Shown here: positions 27,842-36,529 of the stretch, piece by piece
Layout: every line of letters starts with the position of its first letter
How positions within the stretch are numbered: the first letter of the stretch is position 1
From: a virus
Taxonomy: Duplodnaviria > Caudoviricetes
DNA length: 41,325 bases
Direction: 5' to 3' (one strand)
Virus record (IMG/VR): IMGVR_UViG_3300035683_000204
Coordinates: 1 to 41,325 of that record
The notes under the pieces: generated by a model
Database searches by the model: none
What the model was told of the DNA's origin: nothing
The model's input: the letters and a program-made list of their open reading frames with translations, nothing else
Position numbers and translations under genes: made by a program

Positions 27842-27937
27842 AATCGCCCCACAAGCCCCGATCTACTCCGGGGGTGTCGTCCTGCCGCGGGTCGGCGGGG
27901 ATCGCGCCGCCTACCCGGTTGCACAACGTCGCGGGGC
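27842..27937 (-). repeat. 96-bp inverted repeat, right copy
   Basis: Partner of 23423-23518. Confidence 0.92.
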
Positions 27938-27953
27938 CATTCCGTCTCCGGAG

Positions 27954-28355
27954 TCACGTGCCCCCGCCGACGATCCCGATCTGTCCCAGCTCCACCCTGA
28001 CCTCCTCGGCGTGCCGCTGCGCCCGCGCGATCCGCACGTCCTCCGCGGTCTCCAGCTCCCGGCGGCGCGAGTCCCGCAGCGTCCGGTCAAGCTCTACCCG
28101 CCGGAGGATCAGCTCGTCGGTACGGCTGCGCAGCTCCCGGAGGTCGGCTTCGTGCGGGCTGCGCGCGGAAGGGTCGTAGTGGATCAGGTCATCGGCGCTG
28201 TTGACGAACAGCTCCAGCTTCGCCGACACCATTCGGTGCTCGTCGCGGGTGTCTCCGTCGATCTGCGCGCAGATCCGGCGGATCAGGGCGCGCGCGCCGT
28301 CCTCCAGCGCGAACAGCTCCTCGCGCAGCTTGCGCAGGGTGGCGTTCTCGTTCAC
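27954..28355 (-). CDS. Hypothetical coiled-coil protein
   Basis: 133 aa, Glu/Arg/Leu-rich; coupled to the upstream ORF. Confidence 0.65.
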   Translation of the reverse strand: MNENATLRKLREELFALEDGARALIRRICAQIDGDTRDEHRMVSAKLELFVNSADDLIHYDPSARSPHEADLRELRSRTDELILRRVELDRTLRDSRRRELETAEDVRIARAQRHAEEVRVELGQIGIVGGGT

Positions 28356-28888
28356 GAGGGCTCCAGGGCGGGAACGGGGGGAGAGGTCCCGGCGGCGGGG
28401 TCCTCGGCAGGGGGGCGAATCTCACACATCTCGCGGGCGGCCAGTTCCAGGAAGAGGCGGACGATCAGGCGCGCCACGCTCTCGCGCACACTCAGCTGCA
28501 CCAGCACGAACGCGACGGGGCGGGGCAGCACCCGCGACACCTCGCGCACCAGCACCGTCCGGAGGGCCCTGGCACCGCCAGCTTCCTGGAGCAGCTCCCA
28601 GACGATCTCCTCCGAGAGTTCCATCCGCTCCGCCGGCCCCGGGCTCCACCACGCCAGCCGCACGAGGGTGGGCGCGAGCACCAGGTCCCGGACAGCGGCC
28701 CACATCTCGCCCAGATCGCGCTCCTCAAGCGGCCTGCCCGGGAAGAAGAAGCCGGTGTCCTGCCGCAGGAGGGCCGCCAGATCGGCCGTGGTGTCCAAGC
28801 GGAGTTTCCCCGGGCACGTCACCAGCGTCGCGACGTTCAGCTGCCGCACCCGAGTGCCAGAATGCTCTTTCGCGTGAACCGCCGACAT
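28352..28888 (-). CDS. Hypothetical protein (start uncertain, 28888-28942)
   Basis: Open frame downstream of promoter copy B. Confidence 0.55.
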   Translation of the reverse strand: MSAVHAKEHSGTRVRQLNVATLVTCPGKLRLDTTADLAALLRQDTGFFFPGRPLEERDLGEMWAAVRDLVLAPTLVRLAWWSPGPAERMELSEEIVWELLQEAGGARALRTVLVREVSRVLPRPVAFVLVQLSVRESVARLIVRLFLELAAREMCEIRPPAEDPAAGTSPPVPALEPS

Positions 28889-28984
28889 CGCGGTTGCAGG
28901 GTGCAGAGGAGAGCACCCAGCCGGGTAGCAGCTGGTGGACATCGCGTCGTATGTCGGGGGGAGACTTCAGGCCGGAATGCAGAC

Positions 28985-29058
28985 GGGGCCGTGCTGCGTC
29001 AGCAGCACGGCCCCAAGGTATTGTCTCGGCGCGCCTGAGGTGGCGCCGTTGTCCAGGC
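28985..29058 (-). promoter_or_regulatory. Putative late promoter copy B with hairpin
   Basis: Identical to copy A except for the hairpin loop and the 17-nt spacer. Confidence 0.75.
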
Positions 29059-29068
29059 GCTTCGCCTC

Positions 29069-29719
29069 CTACTCCATTTGGAGACTCACGAGTCCCCAGC
29101 TTTCATCGCTCGCCTGGTATTGAACGGTGCAGTCGAAGTTGCTCCGGAGCTTTGCACCGAAAGAGTTTTCCGCGTCCACAGAGGCTCTCACTTGGTACCT
29201 GCCGCTGCCAACGTGAGCCACGTGATCGGAGTAGACACCCGGGAAGTCAGCCGTGCCGGGGGCTTTAAGCCGTCGGCTCACGAAGTCCTGGCACGCCACC
29301 CATGCTCCGACCGCGGTGCCATTGATTCGAGCCTCCGCACTCGATCCGCCCGCAGAATCATCGCCTCCCCCCAAGGCAGCGAACAACACCATCACCCCAA
29401 GCAGCCCGAGGCAGCCGATCCCGCACCCCTTCGCGGCATTGCTCTTTTGCTGCTGTGCTGTAGCAGCGGCCGCTTGCACGGCGCGGGACCTCTCGCCGGA
29501 AGGATCCGGAGCCCCGCACTGCGGGCAGGTCAGCGCATCAGTGCTCACCTGGTGCCGGCACACGCGGCATGGTGCCAGGCGCGGGGTCCCTGGGATGGGG
29601 GTCGCCCCGGCAGCTGCGAGACTCCCCACGCCGGCGGGGTCCGCTGCACCGCAGTGGCTACACCTGGGATCCCGCGTACTGACTGCGCCCCCACACTCTC
29701 GGCAGATCGCAACGGCCAT
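29069..29719 (-). CDS. Double zinc-ribbon membrane protein
   Basis: Four CxxC pairs, TM GCGIGCLGLLGVMVLFAAL, C-terminal LKAPGTADF...VDAENSFGA. Confidence 0.8.
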   Translation of the reverse strand: MAVAICRECGGAVSTRDPRCSHCGAADPAGVGSLAAAGATPIPGTPRLAPCRVCRHQVSTDALTCPQCGAPDPSGERSRAVQAAAATAQQQKSNAAKGCGIGCLGLLGVMVLFAALGGGDDSAGGSSAEARINGTAVGAWVACQDFVSRRLKAPGTADFPGVYSDHVAHVGSGRYQVRASVDAENSFGAKLRSNFDCTVQYQASDESWGLVSLQME

Positions 29720-29723
29720 GGGC

Positions 29724-30332
29724 TCAAGCAGCTGGTGATAGGCCGGGAGCGCCCCCTGCGGCTTCCATCTCGCGCATGCGTCGCGCTACAACCCGGGCGT
29801 CCACTCGAAACTCGGTCGCGAACCACTGTACCACCCCGTCCACCTCCCGCATCTCCCACAGCACCGCCTCGGCCTCAGCTGAAAGCACCGGCCGCTTCCT
29901 GAGTCCCAGCGCCCTCGCCTTGTTGCGCACCCGATCCGGTGAGCATCCCAGCTCGGCGGCGATCTCCGGCATCGAGGCATGCGGCCAGCGATCCACCAGG
30001 AGGCGCTCCGCGGGCTCGCTCCAGTGGTACTCGGCGGTCAGCTCCAAGACCTGCATTCGGGCCTGCACAGCCTGCGCGGAGCGACCCAGACCGCGGCCGA
30101 TCTCCTTCGCAGTCAGCCTCCCTCGCTGCTCGACCAACACGCTGTCCTGCTCAGCAGTCCACCGCGGCAGCACCGCCAGCTTGAGCACCCGGGCCCGTTC
30201 GTTGAGCGCCGCCACCGTGCGTCCCAGGTGACGGGCGATAATTGCCGTGCGGCGCACACCGTAGGCACGGGCGAGCAGCGCGTCATCCCGATCGCTCCAC
30301 GGGATCCGTCTCGGCTGGCTCATCAGCGTCAT
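29724..30332 (-). CDS. Tandem Myb/SANT-like HTH repeat protein
   Basis: Repeats WSDRDDALL, WTAEQDSVL, WSEPAERLL, each followed by IA..LGR-type helices. Confidence 0.75.
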   Translation of the reverse strand: MTLMSQPRRIPWSDRDDALLARAYGVRRTAIIARHLGRTVAALNERARVLKLAVLPRWTAEQDSVLVEQRGRLTAKEIGRGLGRSAQAVQARMQVLELTAEYHWSEPAERLLVDRWPHASMPEIAAELGCSPDRVRNKARALGLRKRPVLSAEAEAVLWEMREVDGVVQWFATEFRVDARVVARRMREMEAAGGAPGLSPAA

Positions 30333-30847
30333 TCGCCTTCCTCCGGGACCTCCACGAACCGGCGCTCCAGATCGTAGAGCTCTGGTGGTATTGGCCGACG
30401 CAGATCTATCGCCGTTTTCTTGACTGCGGTGATCAACGCCAGCGCCACAATCCTTCGCTCCTCCCCACTCACATTCCCAATCAGCACCTCCATCATCCGC
30501 TGCAATCGCGGATTATGGCTCCCAAAGAAATCGAGCAGGTCCTCCTCGGGCGACCGCTCCGGGCGATACCCCGCTGTAGCTTCTGATACCTTTCCTACAC
30601 CCTTCCTGTCGGTAGTTCTGTAAACTTGCTGTTCGGCCGTTTCGGAAGAAGAGCCCCCATCCAACCACCTAGCGACTTGCTCCCGTGTTTTCTGGCGCGG
30701 CTCTGCAGTCGACCCGTCCAACAGACTTAGTAGCGCTGGCCGAGAGATACCGATCTCGCGAGCAAGCAGCTCGGGAGATTTGCGCGACTCCTCCACACGC
30801 TTCTGTAGTCGTTGGCGCAGCCCAGTCCAGGGAGGAGCGTCGGTCAC
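30329..30847 (-). CDS. Prophage repressor (Xre HTH)
   Basis: LAREIGISRPALLSLLDG; GTG 30847 abuts the operator; divergent from the early operon. Confidence 0.8.
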   Translation of the reverse strand: MTDAPPWTGLRQRLQKRVEESRKSPELLAREIGISRPALLSLLDGSTAEPRQKTREQVARWLDGGSSSETAEQQVYRTTDRKGVGKVSEATAGYRPERSPEEDLLDFFGSHNPRLQRMMEVLIGNVSGEERRIVALALITAVKKTAIDLRRPIPPELYDLERRFVEVPEEGE

Positions 30848-30903
30848 CTGTAACCTTACAGAAAGTTGCTTGACAGGCGGGTGCCCATGCTGTAACCTTA
30901 CAG
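30848..30903 (+). promoter_or_regulatory. Immunity switch: two CTGTAACCTTACAG operators and early promoter TTGACA-N17-TAACCT
   Basis: Identical 14-bp palindromes at 30848-30861 and 30890-30903; -35 at 30870-30875. Confidence 0.88.
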
Positions 30904-30905
30904 CG

Positions 30906-31172
30906 ATGGTTAAATCTTTCACTACACCCGAACACATAATGCACTTCACCGAAGGCGATTTCAAGAAGCTGCTTGTCGATCTCGGCCTGAGGCCCATCGA
31001 CGTGGCCCGCGCCATCGGCAAGGCGCCGAACACTGTCACGTACTACTTCCGTGGACGGCTGAAGAACTCGGGCACTCGGCTGGCCATCAAGCGTGTGCTG
31101 AGGGACCGGGCGCGGATAGTCGGGGTCGCGCTCCCCGAGTTCTGGAAGGACACCAGCGCCCGCTCGCGCTGA
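30906..31172 (+). CDS. Ner/Cro-like HTH protein
   Basis: DVARAIGKAPNTVTYYFRG; first early gene (alternative start 30938). Confidence 0.8.
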   Translation: MVKSFTTPEHIMHFTEGDFKKLLVDLGLRPIDVARAIGKAPNTVTYYFRGRLKNSGTRLAIKRVLRDRARIVGVALPEFWKDTSARSR

Positions 31173-31175
31173 TCG

Positions 31176-31201
31176 GGCGACGGCCAGAACGGCCGTCGCC
31201 C
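31176..31201 (+). terminator. Hairpin after ner/cro (terminator or antitermination site)
   Basis: GGGCGACGGCC agaac GGCCGTCGCCC. Confidence 0.5.
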
Positions 31202-31269
31202 TTCATAGTGCCCGTGGATGCCCTGCGGGATCACGCCACCAGAGTTCCGCAACCCCATGGAGGTGGGTC

Positions 31270-31791
31270 ATGCAACCGAAACCAGCAGCCGCCGTCACCG
31301 CCCTCCCCAGCCACGAGCTGATGCGCCGCGTAGCGCCGAACCGCGTCGAGCGCGCGCGCCTTGGTCGGCAGCTCGGCATCGCCAGCGAGTCCCTGATGTA
31401 CGCCTTCGGCGCCCCCGCTGCCCCCGTGGGGTCCGGCCGCCCCAATCCGATCGACAAGATGGATGCGGTCCTGGAGCACGCTCGCCACCACCACCCCGAC
31501 GTGGCCGAGCAGATCGTCCAGCGCTTCGCCGCGGGCAACGCCGCTGCCCTGGCGGAGCGGGGCCGCGCGCTCCGCGTGATGGACACGGTGGTCACGCTGC
31601 ACCCGGAGATCACTCGCGAGGCCATGGACGCCGTCGTGGCGGTCGGCGAGGCGCTCCGGCAGGGCATGCTCACTGGCGGCTGTGACGCCGAGTCCGTGCT
31701 CCGGGAGCTGGAGGAGTGCGAGCGTGCCGCCCGGCGCGCTGCTGCGGTGCTCCGTGCCTCGATCACCGCCGAGCGGAAGGAGGTGGCGTAG
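31270..31791 (+). CDS. CII-like phage regulatory protein
   Basis: HTH-like N-terminus, GSGRPNPIDK, helical C-terminus; GGAGG RBS. Confidence 0.6.
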   Translation: MQPKPAAAVTALPSHELMRRVAPNRVERARLGRQLGIASESLMYAFGAPAAPVGSGRPNPIDKMDAVLEHARHHHPDVAEQIVQRFAAGNAAALAERGRALRVMDTVVTLHPEITREAMDAVVAVGEALRQGMLTGGCDAESVLRELEECERAARRAAAVLRASITAERKEVA

Positions 31792-32091
31792 CCATGCCCG
31801 ATCTGCTGAAGCACGTCCCCGAGCCACTCCAAAAAGGCGTTTCGGGGCCCTCCTGAGCCTCCGGAGGTACCGCTCCGAGATCGTGTGGAGGGACCTGCCG
31901 CTACCTCCGGGGAGCTCGGTTCAGCGACACGAGCTACGTCGGCAGCGCGACCTCCAGTCGCTTGATCAGGAGATCAGAGCAATGGAGTACGTGGCCGGCT
32001 ACGAGCCGGTCTGGGGGCGATCCCCATGCGGCACCGGGCGCTCGTGCCCGTCACCCGATAGCCGCCCCGGCGGCTATTCCAGCCTGAGAAA

Positions 32092-32925
32092 GTGAGGAAC
32101 CACGCGGTGAGCGCAGTCGAAGAGGCCGCAAACGGCGGCCATTCTACCGGGCGAGACGAGGCGGTGAGGGCGCTGGGCGCCCCCGTCGGGCTCCGCCTCG
32201 CGAGCCTGACGGCCAGAGCGCAGGAGCTGGTCGCGATCCAGCGCCTGCGCGAGGACCGCACGTATCGGCAGCTCGGCTACACCTGGGAGGGCTACTGCCG
32301 GGACGTGCTCGGCCGATCCTCCAACGCCGTCGAGGAGGAGCTGCTGAGCTTCAGTGCGCTCGGAGAGCAGCTCTTCGTCGCGGCGGAGCTCGCCGGTCTC
32401 GGCCGCAACGATCTGCGCGCGCTGCGGAAGATCCCGGAGGACGCCCGCCCGGCGCTGCTCCCGAGCGGAGAGCTGGAGCTCGGCGACCGCCGTGTGTCCC
32501 TGGACCACCGCGAGGAGGTGCGGGAGCTCCTGGAGGACCTGCTGATCGGGCAGCAGGAGCTGCGCGAGACCCTCGCCCGCGGTGAGGAGCAGCTCCGCAG
32601 TCGGGACGACGCGGTCACCCAGCTGAAGAAGGAAGTCAAGGAGTTGAAGCGCGCGCCCCAGGTGGCGCTCGACCTCCAGCTCCACCCTGTCGCCCGCGCC
32701 GGGGCCGAGGTGGAGCTGTCGCTGTCCGGGCTGCTGGAGCTGATGCACACCGAGCAGCCGGACCCGGCGATGGTGCTGCGCATCTACCGGCGGCTCGCCC
32801 CGATGATGAGCGAGCTGGCGCAGTACGGCGGCGGCTACGAGGTCGCCCCGCCCAACACGGACCTGCTGGACACGGACGCACTGGAGGAGGCGGCCCGCGC
32901 GCTGGAGGAGGCCGAAGATGCGTAG
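32092..32925 (+). CDS. DUF3102-like protein of Mu-like phages
   Basis: TWEGYCRDVLGRS...LGEQLF plus a coiled coil; precedes the transposase. Confidence 0.65.
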   Translation: MRNHAVSAVEEAANGGHSTGRDEAVRALGAPVGLRLASLTARAQELVAIQRLREDRTYRQLGYTWEGYCRDVLGRSSNAVEEELLSFSALGEQLFVAAELAGLGRNDLRALRKIPEDARPALLPSGELELGDRRVSLDHREEVRELLEDLLIGQQELRETLARGEEQLRSRDDAVTQLKKEVKELKRAPQVALDLQLHPVARAGAEVELSLSGLLELMHTEQPDPAMVLRIYRRLAPMMSELAQYGGGYEVAPPNTDLLDTDALEEAARALEEAEDA

Positions 32926-33071
32926 CGCCATGTGCTGCGGCCGTCGCAACGCCCGCTGGATCACCCTCGCTGTCCCCGCCTCGCTGGCGATCCGCTGCCC
33001 GAGCTTCACCTGGCTCGCCCACCGGCACGGAAGCTGGCTGACCGTCATCCCCAGCCCGCCCCGCTGACCCC

Positions 33072-34718
33072 ATGCCCCCACGCTCCACGCTGTCGCCGGA
33101 CCAGATTGAAGAACTCCGCCGCGAGGCCGCCTCGTGGTCGGGACCCAGGAGCGCGTGGGCGGAGGAGCGCGCCCGCCTCCTGAACGTACACACCAGCACG
33201 ATCTACCGCGCCGTCGCCAACGTGACGCCCGCGCGGAAGCGGCGCAGCGACGCGGGCGGCATGCGGGCGCTGAGCGAGGATGACTTCCGCGTGCTGGGGG
33301 CGATGGTGGTGCAGTACGACTACGATGCGCAGCTCGCGATCGACACGCTGAACGCGAACCGCGCCGCGGCCGGCCTGGCTGAGCTGGAGATCCACCCCGA
33401 GACGCTGAGGCGCCACCTCCGGGAGCGCGGCGTCAGCCGGCGCGACAACACCCAGGACCTGCGGCCGCACCGCCGGTGGGAGGCGCCCCACCCCGGCTAC
33501 CTCTGGCAGATCGATTCCACCTGCGCCGCGCAGTACTACGTCGACACGGACCGCAGCATCGGCTACGAGCAGCCGCACCTCAAGAACAAGAACAAGGAGG
33601 GGAATCAGCGCTCGCGGGTTTGGCTGATCGGCGTGGTGGACGACTACACCCGCGTCCGGTGGGCGCGCTTCTACACCGGCAACGACGCGTTCGCCTGGCA
33701 GGACGTCCTCTTCCGCTGCATGGCCGGCTTCGCCGACCCCGCGCGCTGGCCCGCCTTCGGGGTGCCGCAGCGGATCTATTCCGATCAGGATGCGGCGATG
33801 AAGAGCGCGGTGATGACGAAGACGCTGCAAGCGCTCCAGGTCGAGCGGCTGCTGGCGCTCCCGTCCACCGCGGCGTGGACCAACGCGCAGGCCAAGGGCA
33901 AGGTCGAGAGGACCCTGGGCGTGCTGGTGCAGGGCTTCGAAAAGGTCACCCGGTGGAGCCGGTTCCCCAGCATCGACGCGATGAACGCGGCGCTGCTGGA
34001 GCACCTGGTGTGGCTCAACAACCGGATCCACTCCGGGACCCGGTGCGTGCCCTTCGAGCGCTGGCTGGAGGCCGACCAGGTCATCCAGCTGCCCGCCGAG
34101 GAGCTGCTGCGGCGTCTGCGCTTCCACAGCGTGGAGCGCGTGATCACCAGCGGCGTCGAGATCCACCTGGACAGCACGAAGTACCAGCTGCCCCACCGGC
34201 GCCCGTTCGTGGATCACATCGGCCGCAAAGTGGAGGTGCGGTACCGCGAGGGCGAGGGCGTCATCACCGTCGTGCTCGCGGGCGAGGAGCACGAGATCGC
34301 CGCCGTCACGGCGCTGCCCGACGCGGCCGGCGACTTCAAGGGGTCCGAGACGCCCGGCTCCGTGCTGCTCAAGAAGGAGCTGCTCAGGCCCGAGCTGCTC
34401 AAGCCGCTCGATCCCCATCTGGTGCGCGGGTTCCGCAACGAGCGGGACCAGCGCACCTACCCGATCCGCCCGGCCGTCGTCCCGCACCCGCTCACCGCGG
34501 AGCAGCTGGACGTGCGGATGGTCAAGCGTGGGCCCGCCGTCGACCGCCTCCAGGCCGCCGGCGCCGTCGCCACGCCCCCCACCCCCGCGGAGCGCGCACT
34601 GCTGGACGCGCTCTTCGGCGGCCGCGGCGAGATCCCCGAGTCTGACCTCCGGCAGTTCATCACCGACCGCACCACTCCCGGTGCGGCCATCACCCCGCTG
34701 CGCGCCGAGCGCGCTTAG
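33072..34718 (+). CDS. Mu-like DDE transposase (A protein)
   Basis: RKRRSDAG, WQIDST, IYSDQ, AKGKVER. Confidence 0.93.
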   Translation: MPPRSTLSPDQIEELRREAASWSGPRSAWAEERARLLNVHTSTIYRAVANVTPARKRRSDAGGMRALSEDDFRVLGAMVVQYDYDAQLAIDTLNANRAAAGLAELEIHPETLRRHLRERGVSRRDNTQDLRPHRRWEAPHPGYLWQIDSTCAAQYYVDTDRSIGYEQPHLKNKNKEGNQRSRVWLIGVVDDYTRVRWARFYTGNDAFAWQDVLFRCMAGFADPARWPAFGVPQRIYSDQDAAMKSAVMTKTLQALQVERLLALPSTAAWTNAQAKGKVERTLGVLVQGFEKVTRWSRFPSIDAMNAALLEHLVWLNNRIHSGTRCVPFERWLEADQVIQLPAEELLRRLRFHSVERVITSGVEIHLDSTKYQLPHRRPFVDHIGRKVEVRYREGEGVITVVLAGEEHEIAAVTALPDAAGDFKGSETPGSVLLKKELLRPELLKPLDPHLVRGFRNERDQRTYPIRPAVVPHPLTAEQLDVRMVKRGPAVDRLQAAGAVATPPTPAERALLDALFGGRGEIPESDLRQFITDRTTPGAAITPLRAERA

Positions 34719-34727
34719 GAGGCCGCC

Positions 34728-35201
34728 ATGCCCTTCTTTGACATGATCGACTCCCGCAACTGGTTCCTGGACTCGGCCGTCCTCCCGTCGCACCTGCGCC
34801 TGCCCGCGGGCGCGCGGTGGCTGCACGTGGTGGTGTCCGGCACGGGGCGGATCGTCTTCGCCTGGCTGACCGCGGACTGCACCGCGCAGACAGCGATCAA
34901 CACCTTGGGCGCCGCCCTGGACGCCCGCACCCAGACCGGGATCCCCCTGCCGTCCACGCTTGTCACCGACCGCAGCGTCGCGGTGACCAGCCGGGAGTTC
35001 GCGTCCTACGTGCTGGCGCGGGGGCTGTGCCTCCAGCGCCTCCACCCCACGGCGGTCCACCAGGTGACGGAGCGGGTGCTCGACCGGTTCTGCACCGTCG
35101 TGCTCCCCGAGGCGCTTCCGCTGGCCGCCGACACGCGCGAGCTCAACCGCCGGTTGGTCGGCGCGATCATCTCGGCCGAGACGCTCGCGAGCGCGGTGTA
35201 G
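34728..35201 (+). CDS. Stand-alone degenerate rve/DDE core domain
   Basis: WFLD, LVTD...TSREF, TER; AGGAGG RBS. Confidence 0.65.
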   Translation: MPFFDMIDSRNWFLDSAVLPSHLRLPAGARWLHVVVSGTGRIVFAWLTADCTAQTAINTLGAALDARTQTGIPLPSTLVTDRSVAVTSREFASYVLARGLCLQRLHPTAVHQVTERVLDRFCTVVLPEALPLAADTRELNRRLVGAIISAETLASAV

Positions 35202-35205
35202 CGCC

Positions 35206-35907
35206 GTGGACGCCCTCACCTGGCTCCTCGACTACGTCCTCCTCCCTGACCCGCACCGCCGGTTCTCCGTGGACCTGGTGGTGGCCGGCGACGGGGAGCT
35301 GACCGCCGCCCGCGCCACCGAGTCGTTCACCATGGAGGAGTGCCTCGACACCGTCGCTGGAGCGCTCGAAGGGCGCCGCACCGGCGGCCTGCCGCTGCCC
35401 TCGCGGCTGCTCACGAGCATCGGCTTCAACAAGGAGGGCGAGGGCCGGGTGAGGGCGATGGGGATGGACTACGTATGCGCGTTCGACCGGCGCGCAGACA
35501 GGCTTCTGCACGACGGCTTCCGCGGCATCCTGCTGCACGTGCTCCCCCTGATCGCGCGCGACCCGGACGCCACCTGCGTCGAGGTGGACAGCTGGGTCCA
35601 GGAGGCCGTCGCGGCCGCCCGCGCGGCCGAGCGCCCCGCCGGCTCCGCGGAGCCATACGACGGCGCGGCGTGGTGCCGCGAGCTGGCCACCGGCCTCGTC
35701 GTCACGGTCGGCTACGTCGGCCACGGCCTGGTCATCGGTTTTGACGGGCGCAGCTACCAGCTCCCCTCCCGGCCCCCTTTCTCCGGCCTGACCGGCCGGT
35801 CTGTAGCGATCACCCACCACCTCGGCGCACCGGAGCGGATCACCGTCCGGGTGCCGGGCGAGAGCATCGAGCTGAACCCCATCGAGAGTCACCCCTCAGC
35901 ACAGTGA
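35206..35907 (+). CDS. Protein with transposase C-terminal-like beta domain
   Basis: FDGRSYQLPSRPPF..GRSV matches transposase LDSTKYQLPHRRPF..GRKV. Confidence 0.65.
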   Translation: MDALTWLLDYVLLPDPHRRFSVDLVVAGDGELTAARATESFTMEECLDTVAGALEGRRTGGLPLPSRLLTSIGFNKEGEGRVRAMGMDYVCAFDRRADRLLHDGFRGILLHVLPLIARDPDATCVEVDSWVQEAVAAARAAERPAGSAEPYDGAAWCRELATGLVVTVGYVGHGLVIGFDGRSYQLPSRPPFSGLTGRSVAITHHLGAPERITVRVPGESIELNPIESHPSAQ

Positions 35908-36182
35908 TGAGCATGGACACTGAAAAGCCGGCACTCACCAACAGCCCGTTCTTCCGCCCTCATACCCACATGGGAGTGATTCGGGTGGTGAGCCGCAATC
36001 TCAAGGTGCGGGTTAATGGCCACACGTACCAGTTGCCGCCGCACCGGCCCTGGTCGGGACTCGCGTTCCAGATGGTGGGTGTCATCTACCCGCTGAGCGG
36101 CGCGCACCGTGTGACCGTCGCCGTAGAAGGCACCCGCATCGAGCGGGACCCCATCGAGTCACCCCTGACGGAGAAGTTCTGA
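35904..36182 (+). CDS. Stand-alone transposase C-terminal-like beta domain
   Basis: VNGHTYQLPPHRPWSG; ends PIESP like the upstream paralog. Confidence 0.65.
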   Translation: MMSMDTEKPALTNSPFFRPHTHMGVIRVVSRNLKVRVNGHTYQLPPHRPWSGLAFQMVGVIYPLSGAHRVTVAVEGTRIERDPIESPLTEKF

Positions 36183-36529
36183 TGCGCGACACCCGAATCA
36201 TCATCCAGGGCGGCAACCCCGCCGTGCTGGAGCGGATCGCCGAGGCCGCGGCGGCGGGCGGCGGCACCGTCAACCTCATCACCCCCAAGTCGGGGCCGTG
36301 CGACGCGTGCGGGGGCGAGACGGCCCTCGCCCAGCTCAAGTGGGTGAAGAACGTGGGAGGCAGCGTCTGCCCGCTCTGCGCCCGTGCCGCGGGCGAGCTC
36401 CGGGCGAAGTTCGAAGAGCAGGCAGCGCTCCACCGGGCGCAGTTCGAAGGCCAGCTGCGGCGCATGGTGGTGGACCGCCGCAGCGGGTGCGACGAGCCCA
36501 CGTTCTACCTGACGGACGGAGGCGCATGA
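36182..36529 (+). CDS. Zn-finger hypothetical protein
   Basis: CDAC...CPLC; translationally coupled. Confidence 0.6.
   Translation: MRDTRIIIQGGNPAVLERIAEAAAAGGGTVNLITPKSGPCDACGGETALAQLKWVKNVGGSVCPLCARAAGELRAKFEEQAALHRAQFEGQLRRMVVDRRSGCDEPTFYLTDGGA

Noticed and set aside
28411-28420. 10-nt match (GGGGGCGAAT) to the start of the candidate TnpB guide
   Set aside because: The match stops at 10 nt and is plausible by chance in GC-rich DNA; revisit once guide and TAM are known.
19046-29060. Direct repeats A and B read as attL/attR of a 10 kb integrated element
   Set aside because: They differ across a fixed-length 17-nt spacer, the same motif occurs at two more sites, and no integrase is present; a promoter explanation fits better. 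Recombination between them is not excluded.
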